A stretch of DNA of 64,000 nt. It comes from Octopus vulgaris. Its lineage: Eukaryota. The notes under the pieces are model-generated. The model made no database searches. It saw only the letters and a list, made by a program, of their open reading frames with translations, and had not been told where the DNA came from. Positions 28,043 to 43,314 of the stretch are shown here, piece after piece. The position numbers were made by a program, and so were the translations under genes. The stretch covers positions 27,218,001-27,282,000 of the forward strand of contig OX597819.1 of the NCBI GenBank assembly GCA_951406725.2, read 5' to 3'. The first letter of the stretch is position 1, and the number at the start of each line of letters is the position of its first letter.

Positions 28043-28231
28043 GTGTGTGTGTATGTGTGTGTGTGTGTGTGTGTTCGTGTCTGTGTGTACGTATGTATGT
28101 ATGTATACATATATATATATATATTAATATATATATATATGCATACACATGTATACATATGTATTTTCATATACATATATATATATACATACATATATAT
28201 ATATATATATGTGTGTGTATATATGTGTGTG

Positions 28232-28262
<31 letters not shown>

Positions 28263-28440
28263 CTTTGTAACCAGTGTTGGCTTGCCTACATGACCATTGT
28301 TTTAGCGGTTCGGCAAGAGAAACCGTTAGAAATAGCAGACTCAATCAAATATGTACTGGAGTCGATTTGTACGACAAAAACCCTTCAAGGCGGTGCTCCA
28401 GCATGGCTGCAATCCAGTGACTGAAACCAAAGATAAAAGA
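27610..28440 (+). mobile_element. Degraded SINE A with SINE C tail (27765-27975) and expanded internal microsatellite
   Basis: SINE A head remnant, SINE C tail, a (TA)/(TG) tract and SINE A tail GGCGGTGCTCCAGCATGG. Confidence 0.65.
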
Positions 28441-28650
28441 ATCTTCTTGCGTTTTGGTACAATGCCTATTAGCAGTTTGACTCTGATCCACATTACTTAT
28501 AGTTTCGTGGGCGCGTAAACACCTTTATCGCATCAGATGATTGGCGGTACAATTTGCCCGTTATGAAAAATAACTCCAATCAAATGTACTGAGTACCACT
28601 TTCTTTCGTTTGTTCGTTCATCGTACATAGAGATAAATAGATAGGCAGAC

Positions 28651-28740
<90 letters not shown>

Positions 28741-29379
28741 GCAGATAGATAGATAGATTCACATCAATATTTGCATACAAACAATAGTCTAGTTGCGTAC
28801 ACAGTTGTTCATAAATGCAAATGTATACCTGCGTGCGGACATACATCTGTTAGTTGGATATATACATTCATTATACATACATTAGGCGCGATCTTGTGAA
28901 GCTGGACTAGGGTTACACAGCAAATAAGGAAATTGTTGTTATAAGCCATTAATGCATTCCAGTATTGAGTGTATATAAACGGTCGTAGATTTGTCCACAA
29001 ATGTATATGTATACATTAAGTTAATAACATACAAAAGTCGAAGCATACAAACCCATGAATGCAATGGCATCCATGTTGGTATGCATAGATGTATATATAC
29101 AGACACATATACATACGTACGTACGTACATACATTTACATACATTCAACCACTCATCCATCCATACATACGTACACATAAATACATACATGCGTTCATAC
29201 ATACGTATATATATACACACAAGCATGCATGCATACTTACATATATGCTAAGATATATGCATGCGCAACTACCATTTTGATGTCTAAATTCCAGTGAACG
29301 AGCCTCGTTTCTGGGTTAGAAATCGGATTTTTCGTTATTGGTGAGAAATTTTAAAATAGAAACAGACTATACAAACATG

Positions 29380-29416
<37 letters not shown>

Positions 29417-30902
29417 TCACACATACAAACATATAAACATATGCACTTATTCGTTCCTACATACATGCATATACACATACATGTATATACACATACATAC
29501 ACCCATAGACAAATACACAAATACGTATATACATATAAACATACATACATGCATGCTTGTATATGAACACTCATACACCTGTTATTAACATTCATGCAAT
29601 CGACGTCATTCTTCTAGTGCCATAAAGAATTCCCCCGTAATAACCAATAATCTTAGGCAAACTGTGATGAATGATGAATGAGGAAGTGCGACTAAGAATC
29701 TGAAAAGAGTCTTTTAGGCTCTCCGACACCACCCTTACTACTACCCACATATACACACAACCCTCCTGCCTTCTTCCTTAGACATTGACGTTTTGGCAAA
29801 GATTTCGATCCATGAATGAAAAAGTCTGAGTGGTGTGAAATGGGAGGGAGAACAGAATGGAAGGATAGGAAATGAATTCCATATTCTAAACAGCGTCTGT
29901 GTTTGTGGGAGGTGACAGAGGAGGTGAGCGACATCCATTGCATAATGGCATCGATTACAGAATGTCTAATAATTTAGCGGAGAGGACAAGTTGTTCTCAA
30001 AGACACTATGTCGTTCCTCTTAAAATACACGCCCCCCACACACACAAACGCACACAGAACATACAAATAATATTGTCAGTCATTTTTTTTTCGCTATTAT
30101 ATATTTTTTAGCTTCTTTTTATTTTTGTTACTCTTGGGTAATTACAATGTTATCACTACAACTATACAACTACTGCTGCTACTACAGTTACTGATGTTGT
30201 TTCTGCTGTTTCTAGGACTATTTTAAAAACAATATCTTTATTATGACACAAAATGTTTTTCCCTAATTTATATCTTAATTCGGCAGAATAATTTATTGTC
30301 GAGTTAAATACTTTGCGGTTTTTTTTTCCCTCGGCTTTTAACGTTCTACGTTCAAATCCTGTCGAAGCCAACTTTGCTTTCACCATTTCAGGGTCGATCA
30401 AATAAAGAATCTCATGCTTAAACACTTACTCTAAACCCTTTGAAGGGACTAGTTTAAAAGCACTACAAGCATCAATGACAACACAACCGCCACAAAATTC
30501 TATCTTTCGAAAACGTAGTGAGTTAAAATTAATGATTTAGTTAAAACCTGCACAGGGAAACGGAGAGGGATTGGACAGGGTGTCTCATGAAAGATAACGT
30601 CTGCCTAAGGATCACCGTAACCTACATCACTTGAAACGTATTCTGTACAATATTTCATTCACAAATACCCATCTTGAAAATTATGAGAAAACAAATTAGG
30701 TGGGTGGGTTAAGTAACTTGAAGGAAAATGTACAATTTATATTTGGTACAATTGAAGTTAGTAAATTAAAACCACTTCTTTTATGCAGCTTTCTATTTCT
30801 TCAAAAACTCCCGGCAAATATGAAAGGATGCTGGAATCAACTTAATTTGGTTAATGCTGCATTAAACTTATAATTTGGAGAAACGTTTTTATTGATATGT
30901 CT

Positions 30903-31145
30903 GTAGAGCAGCGGACTCGCGGTCGAGGGATCGCGGGTTCGAATCTCAGACCGGGCGATATGTGTGTGTTTTTCAGCGAAACACCTAAGCTCCACGCGGC
31001 TCCGGCAGAAGGTAATGGCGAACTTCTGCTGACTCTTTCGTCACAACTTTCTCTCACTCTTTCCTCCTTCATCTTGCAAGGAAACCGCCAAGGAAACCGG
31101 TAAACCGGCCCTATGAGCCAGGCATAGCTTGAGAAGGAACAAACA
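30903..31145 (+). mobile_element. SINE C head/body with the GAAACCGG tail
   Basis: Head like 26830; tail like 1288-1350. Confidence 0.7.
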
Positions 31146-31164
31146 ATATAGAAAGATGAGCAAC

Positions 31165-32250
31165 TTTGCTTTTCATCATTTCTTTCTCGATAAAATATGT
31201 ACCAGTTAAATACTGGTGTCAATGTAATCGACTTACTCCCTCCCCCAAAAATGCTGACCTTGTGCAGACTTTGAAACCATTATTATTAGCAGTAGTAAAG
31301 CGTCGAGCTGGCAGAATCGTTAGCACGCCGGGCGAAATGCGTAGCCGTATTTCGTCTGCCATTACATTCTGAGTTCAAATTCCGCCGAGGTCGACTTTGC
31401 CTTTCATCCTTTCGGGGTCGATTAAATAAGTACCAGTTACGCACTATAATGAACTTAATACGTCTGTCTGTTCTTGTTTGTTCTCTCTGTGTTTAGCCCC
31501 TTGTGGGTAGTATTTCGTCAGTTTTTACGTTCTGAGTTCAAATTCCGGCGAGGTCGATTTACCTTTCATCCCTTCGGGGTCGATACATTAATTACCAGTT
31601 GCGTACTGAGGTCGATCTAATCGATTGGTCCCTCCCCAAAAATTTCGGGCCTTGTCCCTAGAGAAGGAAACAAAGCGTTAGCAAGCCGGGCGAAATGCTT
31701 AGCGGCATTTCGTCTGTTTTTAGTTTCTGAGTTCAAATTCCGCCGAGGTCGACTTTGCCTTTCATCCTTTTGGAGTCGATAAATTAAATACCAGTTACGC
31801 ACTGAGGTAGATGTAATCGACTTAATCCGTTTGTCTGTCCTTGCCTGCCCCCTCTGTGTATAGCCCCTTGTGGGTAGTAAAGAAATAGGCATTTCGTCTG
31901 TCTTTAAGTTCTGAGTTCAAATTCCGCGGCGGTCGACTTTGCCTTTAATCCTTTTGGAGTCCATGAATTAAGTACCAGTTGTGTACTGGAGTCGATCTAA
32001 TCGACTCGCCTCCCCTCCCTCCCAAAATGTCGTGCCTTGTGCCTAGAGTAGAAAAGAATTGTTAGCCCGCCGGGGCAAAATGCTTAGCTTCATTTCGTCC
32101 GTCCTTACGTATTGGGTTCGAATCTCGCCAAGGGCAACCTTGCTTTCTTCGTTTCATTGTCGATATATTTATGAACCAGTTAAACATTGGTGCTGAAGTA
32201 ATCGACTAACCCGCTCCCCACAAGTTGCTGGTCTTGTGCCAAATTTGAAA
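31165..32250 (+). mobile_element. SINE B cluster with two head + tail1 + tail2 dimers
   Basis: Junctions at about 31510 (with a short deletion) and 31887/8. Confidence 0.85.
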
Positions 32251-32290
32251 CTACTACTACTACTACTACTAGTACTACTACTACTACTAC

Positions 32291-32334
<44 letters not shown>

Positions 32335-32354
32335 ATAGTAGTAGCAGCAGCAGC

Positions 32355-32405
<51 letters not shown>

Positions 32406-32513
32406 GGTGTGGTGGTGGTGGTGGTGGTAGTAGTAGTAGTTGTAGTAGTGTTGGTCGTGGTCGTGGTCGTGGTCATGGTGGTGATGGTGGTGGTGGTAGT
32501 AGTAGTAGTAGTT

Positions 32514-32557
<44 letters not shown>

Positions 32558-32577
32558 GGTGGTAGTAGTAGCAGTAG
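32251..32577. repeat. (CTA)/(GTA)/(GGT) compound microsatellite
   Basis: Begins exactly at the end of a SINE B tail 2. Confidence 0.9.
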
Positions 32578-32959
32578 ATATTGAATAATATCCTCATTAT
32601 CAACTTCAGCCTTATTACAAGCCACAATTCAGATTCGCAATTATATAAAGCATCATTAAACCCACGCCGCCCGCCATTCTCCGTACGCAGACATCCCTCG
32701 TCCCCACCGCCACCTCATCCCACCCAGCCACCGCGCCATCTCCATTAATTTTTAATTATATATTTATTACACATAAATCTTTCATCCCTGGTGTCTAAAA
32801 TGCTGCTCAGGGCGATGATGATGATGGTCGCAATGGCGGCGGTTTGGGATTGCGGTGATGGTAAGGGGGTGGGGGTGGGGGGTTGATGGGTGAAGGGATC
32901 AGTTTGGGATTCTCTTTAGCTTAATTTTTCTAATTACTGCTCAAAATTAGTTTCTTGCG

Positions 32960-32990
<31 letters not shown>

Positions 32991-33021
32991 TGTGTGTGTG
33001 TGTGTTTGTGTGTGTGTATGT

Positions 33022-33099
<78 letters not shown>

Positions 33100-33223
33100 A
33101 ATTTTATTTTATATCTTCTTTGTTATATATTTGACGTTTTATATATATATATATATATTGTTTGGCTTTCTTGGCTTCATAATTTTTTTTTCTAATTCTT
33201 CACTAAAAATGTCATTTGTGTGT

Positions 33224-33294
<71 letters not shown>

Positions 33295-33323
33295 CGCGTG
33301 TGTGTATGTATCTCATTCTTTCA

Positions 33324-33360
<37 letters not shown>

Positions 33361-33639
33361 ACTCATTTTTACTATTTTTATCCTCCGCTCTCTCTTATTC
33401 TCCCTTTCTCTCTCTCACTCACTCTCTCTCCCCCCCCTCTCTCTCTCTCTCTTTGTGTAACTGTCTCTATATCCTTCTCTACCACTCTCTCTCTTTGTTC
33501 CTTTCTCAAACTATAAGAAACTTCCAATATTGCTTGTTCCATATGTTGTGCGCATGTATGCGTTTCTGTGTGAATGTGTACTTATGCGTGTGTGTATGCA
33601 GATATATATAAGTGTGTGTGTGTGTGTGTATGTGTATAC

Positions 33640-33686
<47 letters not shown>

Positions 33687-34012
33687 TATACATACATACA
33701 CACATACATACATACATTGATGCATGTATATGCTCGTATACATGTGTGTGTGCATATATACATACACATGCTCGTATACCTATATGTATCTATTTACTAT
33801 CTCTCTTCCGCCTTCTTCATTAAACCCAGGTCAGCCTTGAACTAGCTAACCAGCAAATCTATAGGATATAACCAGTCGGCTGAACGATTAGAAACGACTC
33901 TCCTATGCTCTCCCTTTTATATTACACCTCCACCTAGATGAGTTTCAGACTTCTTACTCGGAGTATACGCAATGAATACTGGAGTCCGGTGCAGAAGTGT
34001 GATATTCTAGAC

Positions 34013-34547
34013 CAGTGGTTCTCAACCACTTTTTAACTATGAACCCCCTTGATCCCTATTTTACTTAACTGGACCCTCATAGCTATTTGCTGTATATACA
34101 GGACTGGCCCAAATGTAGGTTTACAGTTATCACGTAAGCGCTTTAAATTTCTTTTAAGACATTTTATTACGTTTAAATTTATATCTTACAAACTGAAAAG
34201 GGAGTCTGACAAAATTAACTAAATTAGCATAGAATAATGGTCTCATATTTCTTTTATAATTAAGATCTAAACTGTTAATAAATGAATGCGAAAGAGATAG
34301 TTGAATATCTGTAAACCTACTTTGGAGGCCACCCTGTATATGATAATCTTACTGTATTTTTATAATTAAACATAATTAGGAATTGTATTAAAAATTGTTA
34401 AAATACTTTGTGTATTGGAAAACTATAACCAATTCATTACACAAATTTTAACAAAATGTTATACGCCCCACCTCCAAGGGTCATGTGAACCCCTAAAGGT
34501 CATTTAGGCCCCTTAAGGGTCACATGGATCTTGGGTGAGAATCAGTG
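34013..34547. mobile_element. hAT (Charlie-like) MITE
   Basis: TIRs CAGTGGTTCTCAACC and GGGTGAGAATCAGTG. 8-bp TSD TTCTAGAC / TTCTGGAC. Confidence 0.8.
34099..34336. mobile_element. Tc1/mariner MITE nested in the hAT element
   Basis: TIRs CAGGACTGGCCCAAATGTAGGTTTACAG and CTGTAAACCTACTTTGGAGGCCACCCTG, with TA on both sides. Confidence 0.75.
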
Positions 34548-36283
34548 TTCTGGACATATTGCATTCTCTTCATCATCTTGTTGCTTTTGTTGTTATTGCT
34601 ATAGTCGTTGTTTATCACCAGGTCAGACCTCATCGATAAGACCTATGCTTAAGGGCGTTCCAGCCGTGACCATCCCCAATGTTTTCCTATGAGTAGGGAG
34701 CCCAGTATTACGTTATCAAACGAGACCTTTTGCAGTTTGGTAAGATACAAATCAAGGACAATTTGGCTGTTATTTCTTCCCGGACGAGTGACCACGAAGG
34801 TGTTCTCTTCAAGGGTGAAGTTAGGGTTCATTCTGGAAGTAGTAGGAGTAGTAGTGATTGTGGTGGGTGGTGATGGAAGTGGTGGTGGTGGTGATGGTGG
34901 TGATGGTGGTGATGGTGATGGTGAGTGATAGTGAAGATAGTAGTGGCAACAGTGGTGGGGGAGGCGATGGGGAAGTGACGTGGTTCATGAGGCAGTTGTG
35001 GTGGTGGTATTGGTAGTGTTGATGCATGTAGCGGTTGTGGTGGTGATAGTGGAGGTCGTGATGGAATTGTGTTGGTGGTAGTGGTGATGGTGCTGGTGCT
35101 GATGGCAGTAACGGTGGTGCTGGTGATAATGGTTGTGAGGACGGTAGTGGTTCTGGTGGTGGTGGTGGTGGTGGTGGTAATGATGATGGTGGCGGTGGTG
35201 ATGGTGGTGGTGGTGGTGATGGTGGTGATGGTGGTGATAGCTGTGGTGGTAGTGATCGGGCTGGCGTGGTGCATCTTGAATAATAGCGGTACGGTGGTGT
35301 GTCGTATGTGTTGATGGTGGTGGAGTTGGTGTAGTACATGTGCTTGCGAGTGGTGGTAATATGGTGTATGCGATGGTAATGGTGTTAGTAGTGCTATAAG
35401 GTATGCCATGCATGTAATAGTGGTGGTGGTGGTGGTGGTGGCGGCGATGGCGGCGATGGCGGCGGCGGTAGTGGTGCTGGTGGTGGTGGTGGTGGTGGTG
35501 GTGGCGGTGGCGGTGATGACATTATATGTGCTTTTTCATACTTTTTGGTTTTATTTTTTTTTTATTCATTCATTCATTTAATTTGTTCATTTATTTTGTT
35601 TGTTTTTTTTTCTATTTAGAAATTTGTTTTATTGTTTGTTATAGTTTTTTGTTATTTATTGATAGGCTGGCTGGCTGGCTGGCTGGCTGGCTGGTCGGTT
35701 GGTGGACAGGTCGGCTGGTGGGTTTATTTGTTTGTTAGCCGTTGTCTGTCTGTGTGTCTGAAGGAGCAAGAGTGAAAGGAGGGCAATAGGAAGGGAGAGA
35801 GGTTGTATGTGTAATAATTTATTTAAATTCCATTTTAATTCGGTGAAATGAGTGTGAGGAAATTAGCATCTACTTGCTAGAATCTCCACCACCACCACCA
35901 CCACCACCACCACCACCACTACCATCAACACCATCATCATCATTATCATCAATTATTCTTAGCATTGCTACCGTCGTCATCGTTGTCATCATCATCATCA
36001 CAGTATTCTCAATCGACATCATCTTTATTATCATCATCATCGGCGTCGTCGAAATCATCATCATCATCACTATATACATAATTATTGCTATCGTAAACGG
36101 GGACATAAACACACCAACATTGGTTGTCAAACGATGCTGGGATCACACAAACATATATATATATATATATATTTGTGCTGAGTTTGATTTGAGAACATAA
36201 TCTTTTGTGGAGAATGGCGATTTGACGTCTATATCTAGCATGTTGACTGTCCACTTTTCGTGTTCAGTCCTTAATTGGTATAC

Positions 36284-36389
<106 letters not shown>

Positions 36390-36412
36390 ATGTATGTATA
36401 TATGTATACATA

Positions 36413-36542
<130 letters not shown>

Positions 36543-36545
36543 TGT

Positions 36546-36705
36546 ACGACGGGATTCTTTTAGTTTCTGTTTCCCAAATAAACTCACAAGGCGTTGGTCG
36601 GCTCCAGTCTATAGTAGAAGATACTTGCCCAAAGTGCCACACAATGGGACTGAACCCAGAATCATGAGGTTGGTAAGCAAGCTACTTACCACACAGTCAC
36701 TCCCA
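36546..36705 (-). mobile_element. SINE A 5' half
   Basis: Homologous to the SINE A head. Confidence 0.75.
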
Positions 36706-37079
36706 TATTGCATAAGCTTATAAGCGATCGCGCCGTGCATTGACTAAAGAAAACAGCTTATAAGCCCGCGAAGGAAAACGAAGTTGAGTTTTCCGTATGT
36801 GTGGGACCCTAACCCATATGGCTTATGTTTTCACGGCAAGTGTCCTGCCATTACACCAACGTACACCCTTGCTTCTTTCGGTCGGATTTTAATAACTATA
36901 ATTCCATAGCGTTGTTTTCATAAACAAACATAGGCGTTTTCTGCGATGATTTGGTAAGCGATATCATGCTTTAGAATTCTGTTTATAAAACACAGCACAA
37001 TGGTACATACATACATACATACATACATACCTACATACCTACATACATACATACATACATACATACATACATACATACA

Positions 37080-37151
<72 letters not shown>

Positions 37152-37709
37152 AGTAAAATTTAGATTCAGATGAATATGGTACTTAAGTTGAAGGTTGAAG
37201 GTATTATCCATATAATATAAAATAAGGCAATTATATAAATGTGTGTGTGTGTCTGTGTGTGTGTGTTTGTGTGTGCGTGTATGCGCGCGCACAAGTTGTT
37301 CCTGCAGATTCACTCACATGGCACGGGCTGACTCAGAGCCATATTAGAACACACTTGTCTAAGGTGCTGCACACTGGAACTGCACCACAAACCACGTGGC
37401 TGCACTGCACTGCCAACAGCTTGATCACACACACACACATATGCCTAATACATTACATGATGGCTGTGCCCTCATGACTAAGGAAGATCATCGCCACCAA
37501 TGTACGAAACAAGTAAAGGAGCGAAAGGATATTTTCGGAAAAGAAACATGCATGTTTCGCGCGGAATTTAAACCAGCCGCTCGAAAACGTTTCACAAATG
37601 CAGTAAATGAGGAAATCTTGGTTTGCAATACCTATGGAAGTGTGTATGTTTGACAAGACCTCCGCTCATTGATTATCAGGGATAAGCCACGTATAGTCTA
37701 AAATTTGTA

Positions 37710-38320
37710 TGAGTGCACAGTATTCATAATACATACATACATGCATATATACATATATACACACATACATACATATGGACATATAAACATGTATTCGTAC
37801 ATATACATGCAAATATACATTCATACATATATGCATCATACATACGTACATATATACATACATTCATGTATACAGATTCATACATATATACATACATTTG
37901 TCTGAGTGCACAGTATTCATAATACATACATACATATATACATATATACACACATACTTACATATGGACATATAAACATGTATTCGTACATATACATGCA
38001 AATATACATTCATACATATATACATCATACATACGTACATATATACATACATTCATGTACACAGATTCATACATATATACATTCATGCATCCATATATAC
38101 TATTTTACTCTTTTACCTGTCTCAGCCATGCATATATACATATATACTCACATACATACATATGGACATATAAACATGTATTCGTACATATACATGCAAA
38201 TATACATTCATACATATATACATCATACATACGTACATATATACATGCATTCATGTATACAGATTCATACATATATACATACATGCATCCATATATACTC
38301 TTTTACTTGTCTCAGTCATT
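37710..38320. repeat. Three tandem copies of a roughly 195-215 bp microsatellite-derived unit
   Basis: TATGGACATATAAACATGTATTCGTACATATACATGCAAAT recurs at about 37774, 37963 and 38161. Confidence 0.85.
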
Positions 38321-38431
38321 TGGCTGCGGCCATACTGAAGCACCGCCTTCAGTCGAGCAAATCGACCCCAGGACTTATTCTTTGTAAGCCTAGTACTTAT
38401 TCTATCGGTCTCTTTTGCTGAACCGCTAAGT

Positions 38432-38969
38432 TTGGTCAGCTGAAAGTAGTTTTGGCACAAACTTGGCAGACACGTGTCTCATACCCAAATTTCAGTGATA
38501 ATGGACTGAACTGAACGGTAACTAATCTGCACATCCTCTGATAACTCACGGATGGTGATTCGCTGATTTCTCCTCAGAGCTGCACGCACATTTGCGATGT
38601 TTTTCTCAGTTCTGCTGGTTGCGGGTATCCCAGAGCGTTCGTCAATATCGACATCTTCAAAACGTGTGACCCATTCGTACACTTGTACGGGACTCATGCA
38701 CTTCTTTCCATACACCTTCAGCAACTTTGCGTAGAACTATGAGCAGGTATCGCCATGACGACTTTCTCTGTCATGGTCTGTGCGACGATCACACGCTACA
38801 CACCTTCCTTCCAAGCACTGCTGTAAACATCAGAAGTAAACTAGAACGTTAAAACTTAGTACACATGCACAGCAGCGTCTAAGGTCCAATCTGTGCCAAG
38901 CGGTTTCACTCTGCGTGTTTTAGCTTCGTTACTATGGCAACAGTCCGAATAATTATTGATCAGACCTCG
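38432..38969 (-). mobile_element. Mariner (irritans-like) 5' fragment with transposase N-terminus
   Basis: TIR TA-CGAGGTCTGATCAATAATT. Reads KVYGKKCMSPVQVYEWVTRF..DERSGIPATS..RITIRELSE, then MRHVSAKFVPKLL after a frameshift. Truncated at a SINE A tail. Confidence 0.85.
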
Positions 38970-39008
38970 TACATACGTGTTCATAGATTCACACATGCAT
39001 ACATGCAT

Positions 39009-39418
39009 GCGCAGGAGTGGCTGTGTGGTAAGTAGCTTGCTTACCAACCACATGGTTCCGGGTTCAGTCCCACTGCGTGGCACCTTCGGCAAATGTCTTC
39101 TACTATAGCTTCGGGCCGACCAAAGCCTTGTGAGTGGATTTGGTAGACGGAAACTGAAAGAAGCCCGTCGTTTTATGTACATGTATATATATTTTGTTTT
39201 GTGTGTGTATATGTTTGTGTGTCTGTGTGTCCCTCAACATCGCTTGACAACCGATGCTGGTGCGTTTATGTCCCCGTCTATTAGCGGTTCGGCAAAAGAG
39301 ACCGACAGAATAAGTACTAGGCTTACAAAGAATAAGTCCTGGGGTGGATTTGTTCGACTAAAGGCGGTGCTCCAGCATGGCCGCAGTCAAATGACTGAAA
39401 CAAATAAAGAAAAAAGAG
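39009..39418 (+). mobile_element. SINE A full-length
   Basis: Complete head, body and tail. Confidence 0.9.
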
Positions 39419-39727
39419 TGGTTGGTGGTTGGTGGTTGGTGGTGGTGGTGGTGGTGGTGGTGGTGGTGGTGGTGGTGGTGGTGGTGGTGGTGGTGGTGGT
39501 GGTGGTGGTGGTGGTGGTGGTGGTGGTGGCGGTAGTGGTGGTGGTGGTGGTGGTGGTGGTGGTGGTGGTGGTGGTGGTGGTGGTGGTGGTGGTGGTGGTG
39601 GTGGTGGTGGCGGTAGTGGTGGTGGTGGTGGTGGTGGTGGTGGTGGTGGTGGTGGTGGTGGTGGGTGGTGGTGGTGGTGGTGGTGGTGGTTGGTGGTTGG
39701 TGGTTGGTGGTTGGTGGTGGTGGTGGT
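39419..39727. repeat. (GGT)n tract, about 300 bp
   Basis: Starts at the end of the SINE A tail. Confidence 0.95.
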
Positions 39728-40847
39728 AGCATTTCTGGATGGTATATGATGGTGGTGGTAGGTAGCAGTGGGATGAGACGTTAAGTAGTGCTGGAGACGG
39801 AGGATGGAGACGGTGATGCCGGTTCCGGGGGTCTTCGAATCTGTATTGGCGAAATTTTTTTTTTTTTTTGCGTGTGCGTGGTAAGGATGTATGTAGAACG
39901 TAGTAGCGGTAGGTTGAGGAGCGGGTGTGGACATGGTAGTTACAGAGACTTTATTGGAAGCAGGAGCACTTGCTTTTATACGTTGTAGAAGTAGCAGGGA
40001 CATAGAGGAAGTAGTGATGGTGGATATAGAGAATTTAATGGCAGTGTTGTCTGGGTTAGGGATGAAGTGGAAGGCGGGAGAGTAAACCTGTGAAAAGATG
40101 CACTTGACATAATTTCTCTTTCTTTCATTCCTCGTATCTCTGTGCCTGCGGCTGGAGTCGAACCGGTGCATAAAAATTTTATGTTTGATAAGAACATCCA
40201 GCTAAGAAATATAAGACAAAGGGTTGTTCCGGTCGAAAATCTAACAGGGGATTCCAAGGATTGCACTTAATAACCTTTTATGGTGCTTTCCTGTACTGTT
40301 GGATACGTTTCGTTTTATCTTCGTTGAGTTCGTGGGCATGAATGTATGTTGTAATGAGGACACCACACAGAAATGTATATATATATATGTGTGTATGTGT
40401 GTTTATGTATGTATGTATATATGTATGTATGTATGTATATATATATACGTATATATGTATGTATGTATAAAAATCATTATTTGTATGTTTCTTTTATTTT
40501 TTAATTATTATAAATCTTCCACTGAGGAGGTAGCCGGTTTCCAGCAAAGATACGAGGCTCCATCTTTGGGACGTAGTTAACAAAGACCTAATTCACAATG
40601 CATGTATGTATGTATATATGTGTGCATGTATGTATGTATGTATGTATGTAGGCATGTATGCATGTATATATGTATATATGTGTGCATGTATGTATGTATG
40701 CAGGCATGTATGCATGTATACATGTATATATGTGTGCTTTTATGGATGTATTATGTATGTAGGTTTGTGTGCATGTATATATGTATATATGTGTGCATGC
40801 ATGTATTATGTATGTATGTGTGCCTGCATGTATGTACATATATATGT

Positions 40848-40902
<55 letters not shown>

Positions 40903-41239
40903 TATAGATAGATAGATAGATGGATAGATAGATTTGAGTGTGCAATTATATATGCATACACATATGTATATACATACATATAAGTATACATATACACTCA
41001 GATACAAGTGCGCATATATGTGTGCATATATGTGTATGGGTGTGGATGAAGGTTGGCATGTATGAAAGCATACTTATACAAATGCGTGTGTATATATTTA
41101 TGTATGTATATATCGCAATGCATATACAGATGTGCATAAATACATATATATATACATATATACATATAGATACACACATACACACAAAAATACTCGCATA
41201 CACACACGTATATGTATATAGTGCATAAATGAAAATTTC

Positions 41240-41482
41240 TTTCCAAAGCTAGTAGAGATTATTCTATCTTGAATAAAGACAATTAGAAGAAAACCTCAAT
41301 AAATATGAGAAATATTAATATTAGAGAGACAAATTATCGAAATGAGACTGACGCTCATACACAAGAATCCATTTTCTAGAAATAAACTATCCATAAGGTC
41401 TGCAAATCTAACGGAGGCCTCAAGAAATATCCGTCAATTGTAAATAATGTACATAATTCCTCATCTCTTAAATATAGAACTC
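41240..41482 (+). mobile_element. Possible Penelope-like GIY-YIG C-terminal remnant
   Basis: The interrupted reading KTSINMR..KLSK..HKNPF resembles the LNKR.E..SKCRHKN end of Penelope-like ORFs. It is very degenerate. Confidence 0.3.
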
Positions 41483-41923
41483 ACACACATGTGTGTGTGG
41501 ATGGATGCATGGATGGATGTGGAAGCAAAAACAGAACCTCACTCATAAAAAGAAAATGTGAAAACGTAGAAATAAGATATCCATCGTCAATAGAAGATAT
41601 TAATAAGATAGGTATCTTTAATCTATATCTGAATAAGTCTTTGAATGTTATTCAATTTCAGCTAATTCTTTTAGCGCGATAGTATAATATTCGCAACCGA
41701 TGTGAAGCTTTTATGGTTTCATACTTAATACATACATACACACACACACATACATACACACGCACACACACACACACACGCGCATACATACATACATACA
41801 TTCATACATACATACATACATACATACATACATACATACATACATACATACATGCATGCATACATATATACATGAATATATACTTACATGGACAGTATGG
41901 TTTGAAGGACAGACAGACAGACT

Positions 41924-42001
<78 letters not shown>

Positions 42002-42079
42002 CATAGGTGCATACACAGACACTTGCGCATGTGTATGCTATGTTAGTCAGAGGTCGAGAACGGTGCTCTAGAAGACTGT

Positions 42080-42153
42080 GAAGCTAAGGTGTCTAAGTAA
42101 TTTATTATAATTTGGCGAAGCTAAGGTGTCTAAGTAATTTATTATAATTTGGC
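42080..42153. repeat. Perfect 37-bp tandem duplication
   Basis: GAAGCTAAGGTGTCTAAGTAATTTATTATAATTTGGC x2. Confidence 0.95.
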
Positions 42154-42449
42154 GGCGTAGGGGAACAAAGAGTTAAAGTTGCGCTCATTTCCTATACGCA
42201 CTTATACACACACACACACACACACACACACAGAAGCAATTTTCACAATATATCTACTGTGATTTTTTCAAAGGGCACGATATTGTCACATGCCACGGTA
42301 AACATCAGTCGACTTATATCGTTTTGATGTTTACCGCTATTTAACGTGTACGAAACGGAATAGAAATTTTATCGAGAAAACAATGCAAGAAAAAGATTTT
42401 GATTTTCATTCCATTGGAGTCAGAAAATAATTCTAGTAAATACATTTTC

Positions 42450-42813
42450 ATCTTTTATTTTTTTACTTGATTCAGTTATTGGATTGTGGCCATGCTGGAC
42501 CACTGCCTTGAAGAATTTTTAGTCGAGCAGATCGACACCAGGACTTATTTGTAAGCCTATTACTTATTTTATTGGTCTTTCTTGCCAAACCGCTGAGTGA
42601 CGGAGATGTAAACACACCAGTATCGGCTGTCAAGCGATAGTGGGGAGACAAACACAGACACACAAACATATATATATATACTACGGACTTCTTTTCAGTT
42701 TCCGTCTACCAAATCCACTCGCAAGGCTTTGTAGAAGACACATGTCCAAAGTAGAAGACACATGTCCAAAGTGCCACACAGTGGGACTGAACCCGGAACC
42801 ATGTGGCTGGTAA
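42450..42813 (-). mobile_element. SINE A, diverged, with internal 20-bp duplication
   Basis: Tail and body motifs are present; GTAGAAGACACATGTCCAAA x2. Confidence 0.8.
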
Positions 42814-43314
42814 GCACGCAACTTGAATGCATATGTTTATCTGTGTTTCCCGATTGTAAAATAAGAAGTAAGCGCTTACCAGATATGGGCGAAGTTTTAC
42901 GAGAAGCAGGTTACATGAGACATAGCTCATTGTCAGGTGGACCTCATGAGACATGGCTAAAATGCATACGGGCCACACTACTAAAAACTTCAAGGTAATT
43001 TTTCGTCAGGCGTGTCGTGCGGTCCGCAATTTACTCGTTGGCCGCAGAAGCTTCTAACAGTTTGTAGTCTTATTTAAGGCCCTTTCGGACTAATAATAAC
43101 CATGCAGAAGAGAAGATGATGAGACTTAGCAGCTATTACTAGCTGATGAGACGACCACATTGTGGCAACCTCGTTAGCTTTTGTTGTTATAATTGTTACC
43201 GGTTCAAGTTGTAGGTTGTGTTTGGATGAAATTGTATCTTTTATCTTTTATATTCCAGCACACGATCTCAGATCAAATCACTTGCTATGCAAGTACATCT
43301 CCGTAAATCTTTTA

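Noticed and set aside
34821-35413. Extensin-like or His-rich protein ORFs
   Set aside because: This is a degenerate (GGT/GAT) repeat open in several frames at once.
43143-43190. CTGATGAG hammerhead core
   Set aside because: There is no GAAA after the following stem; it is part of another degraded repeat.
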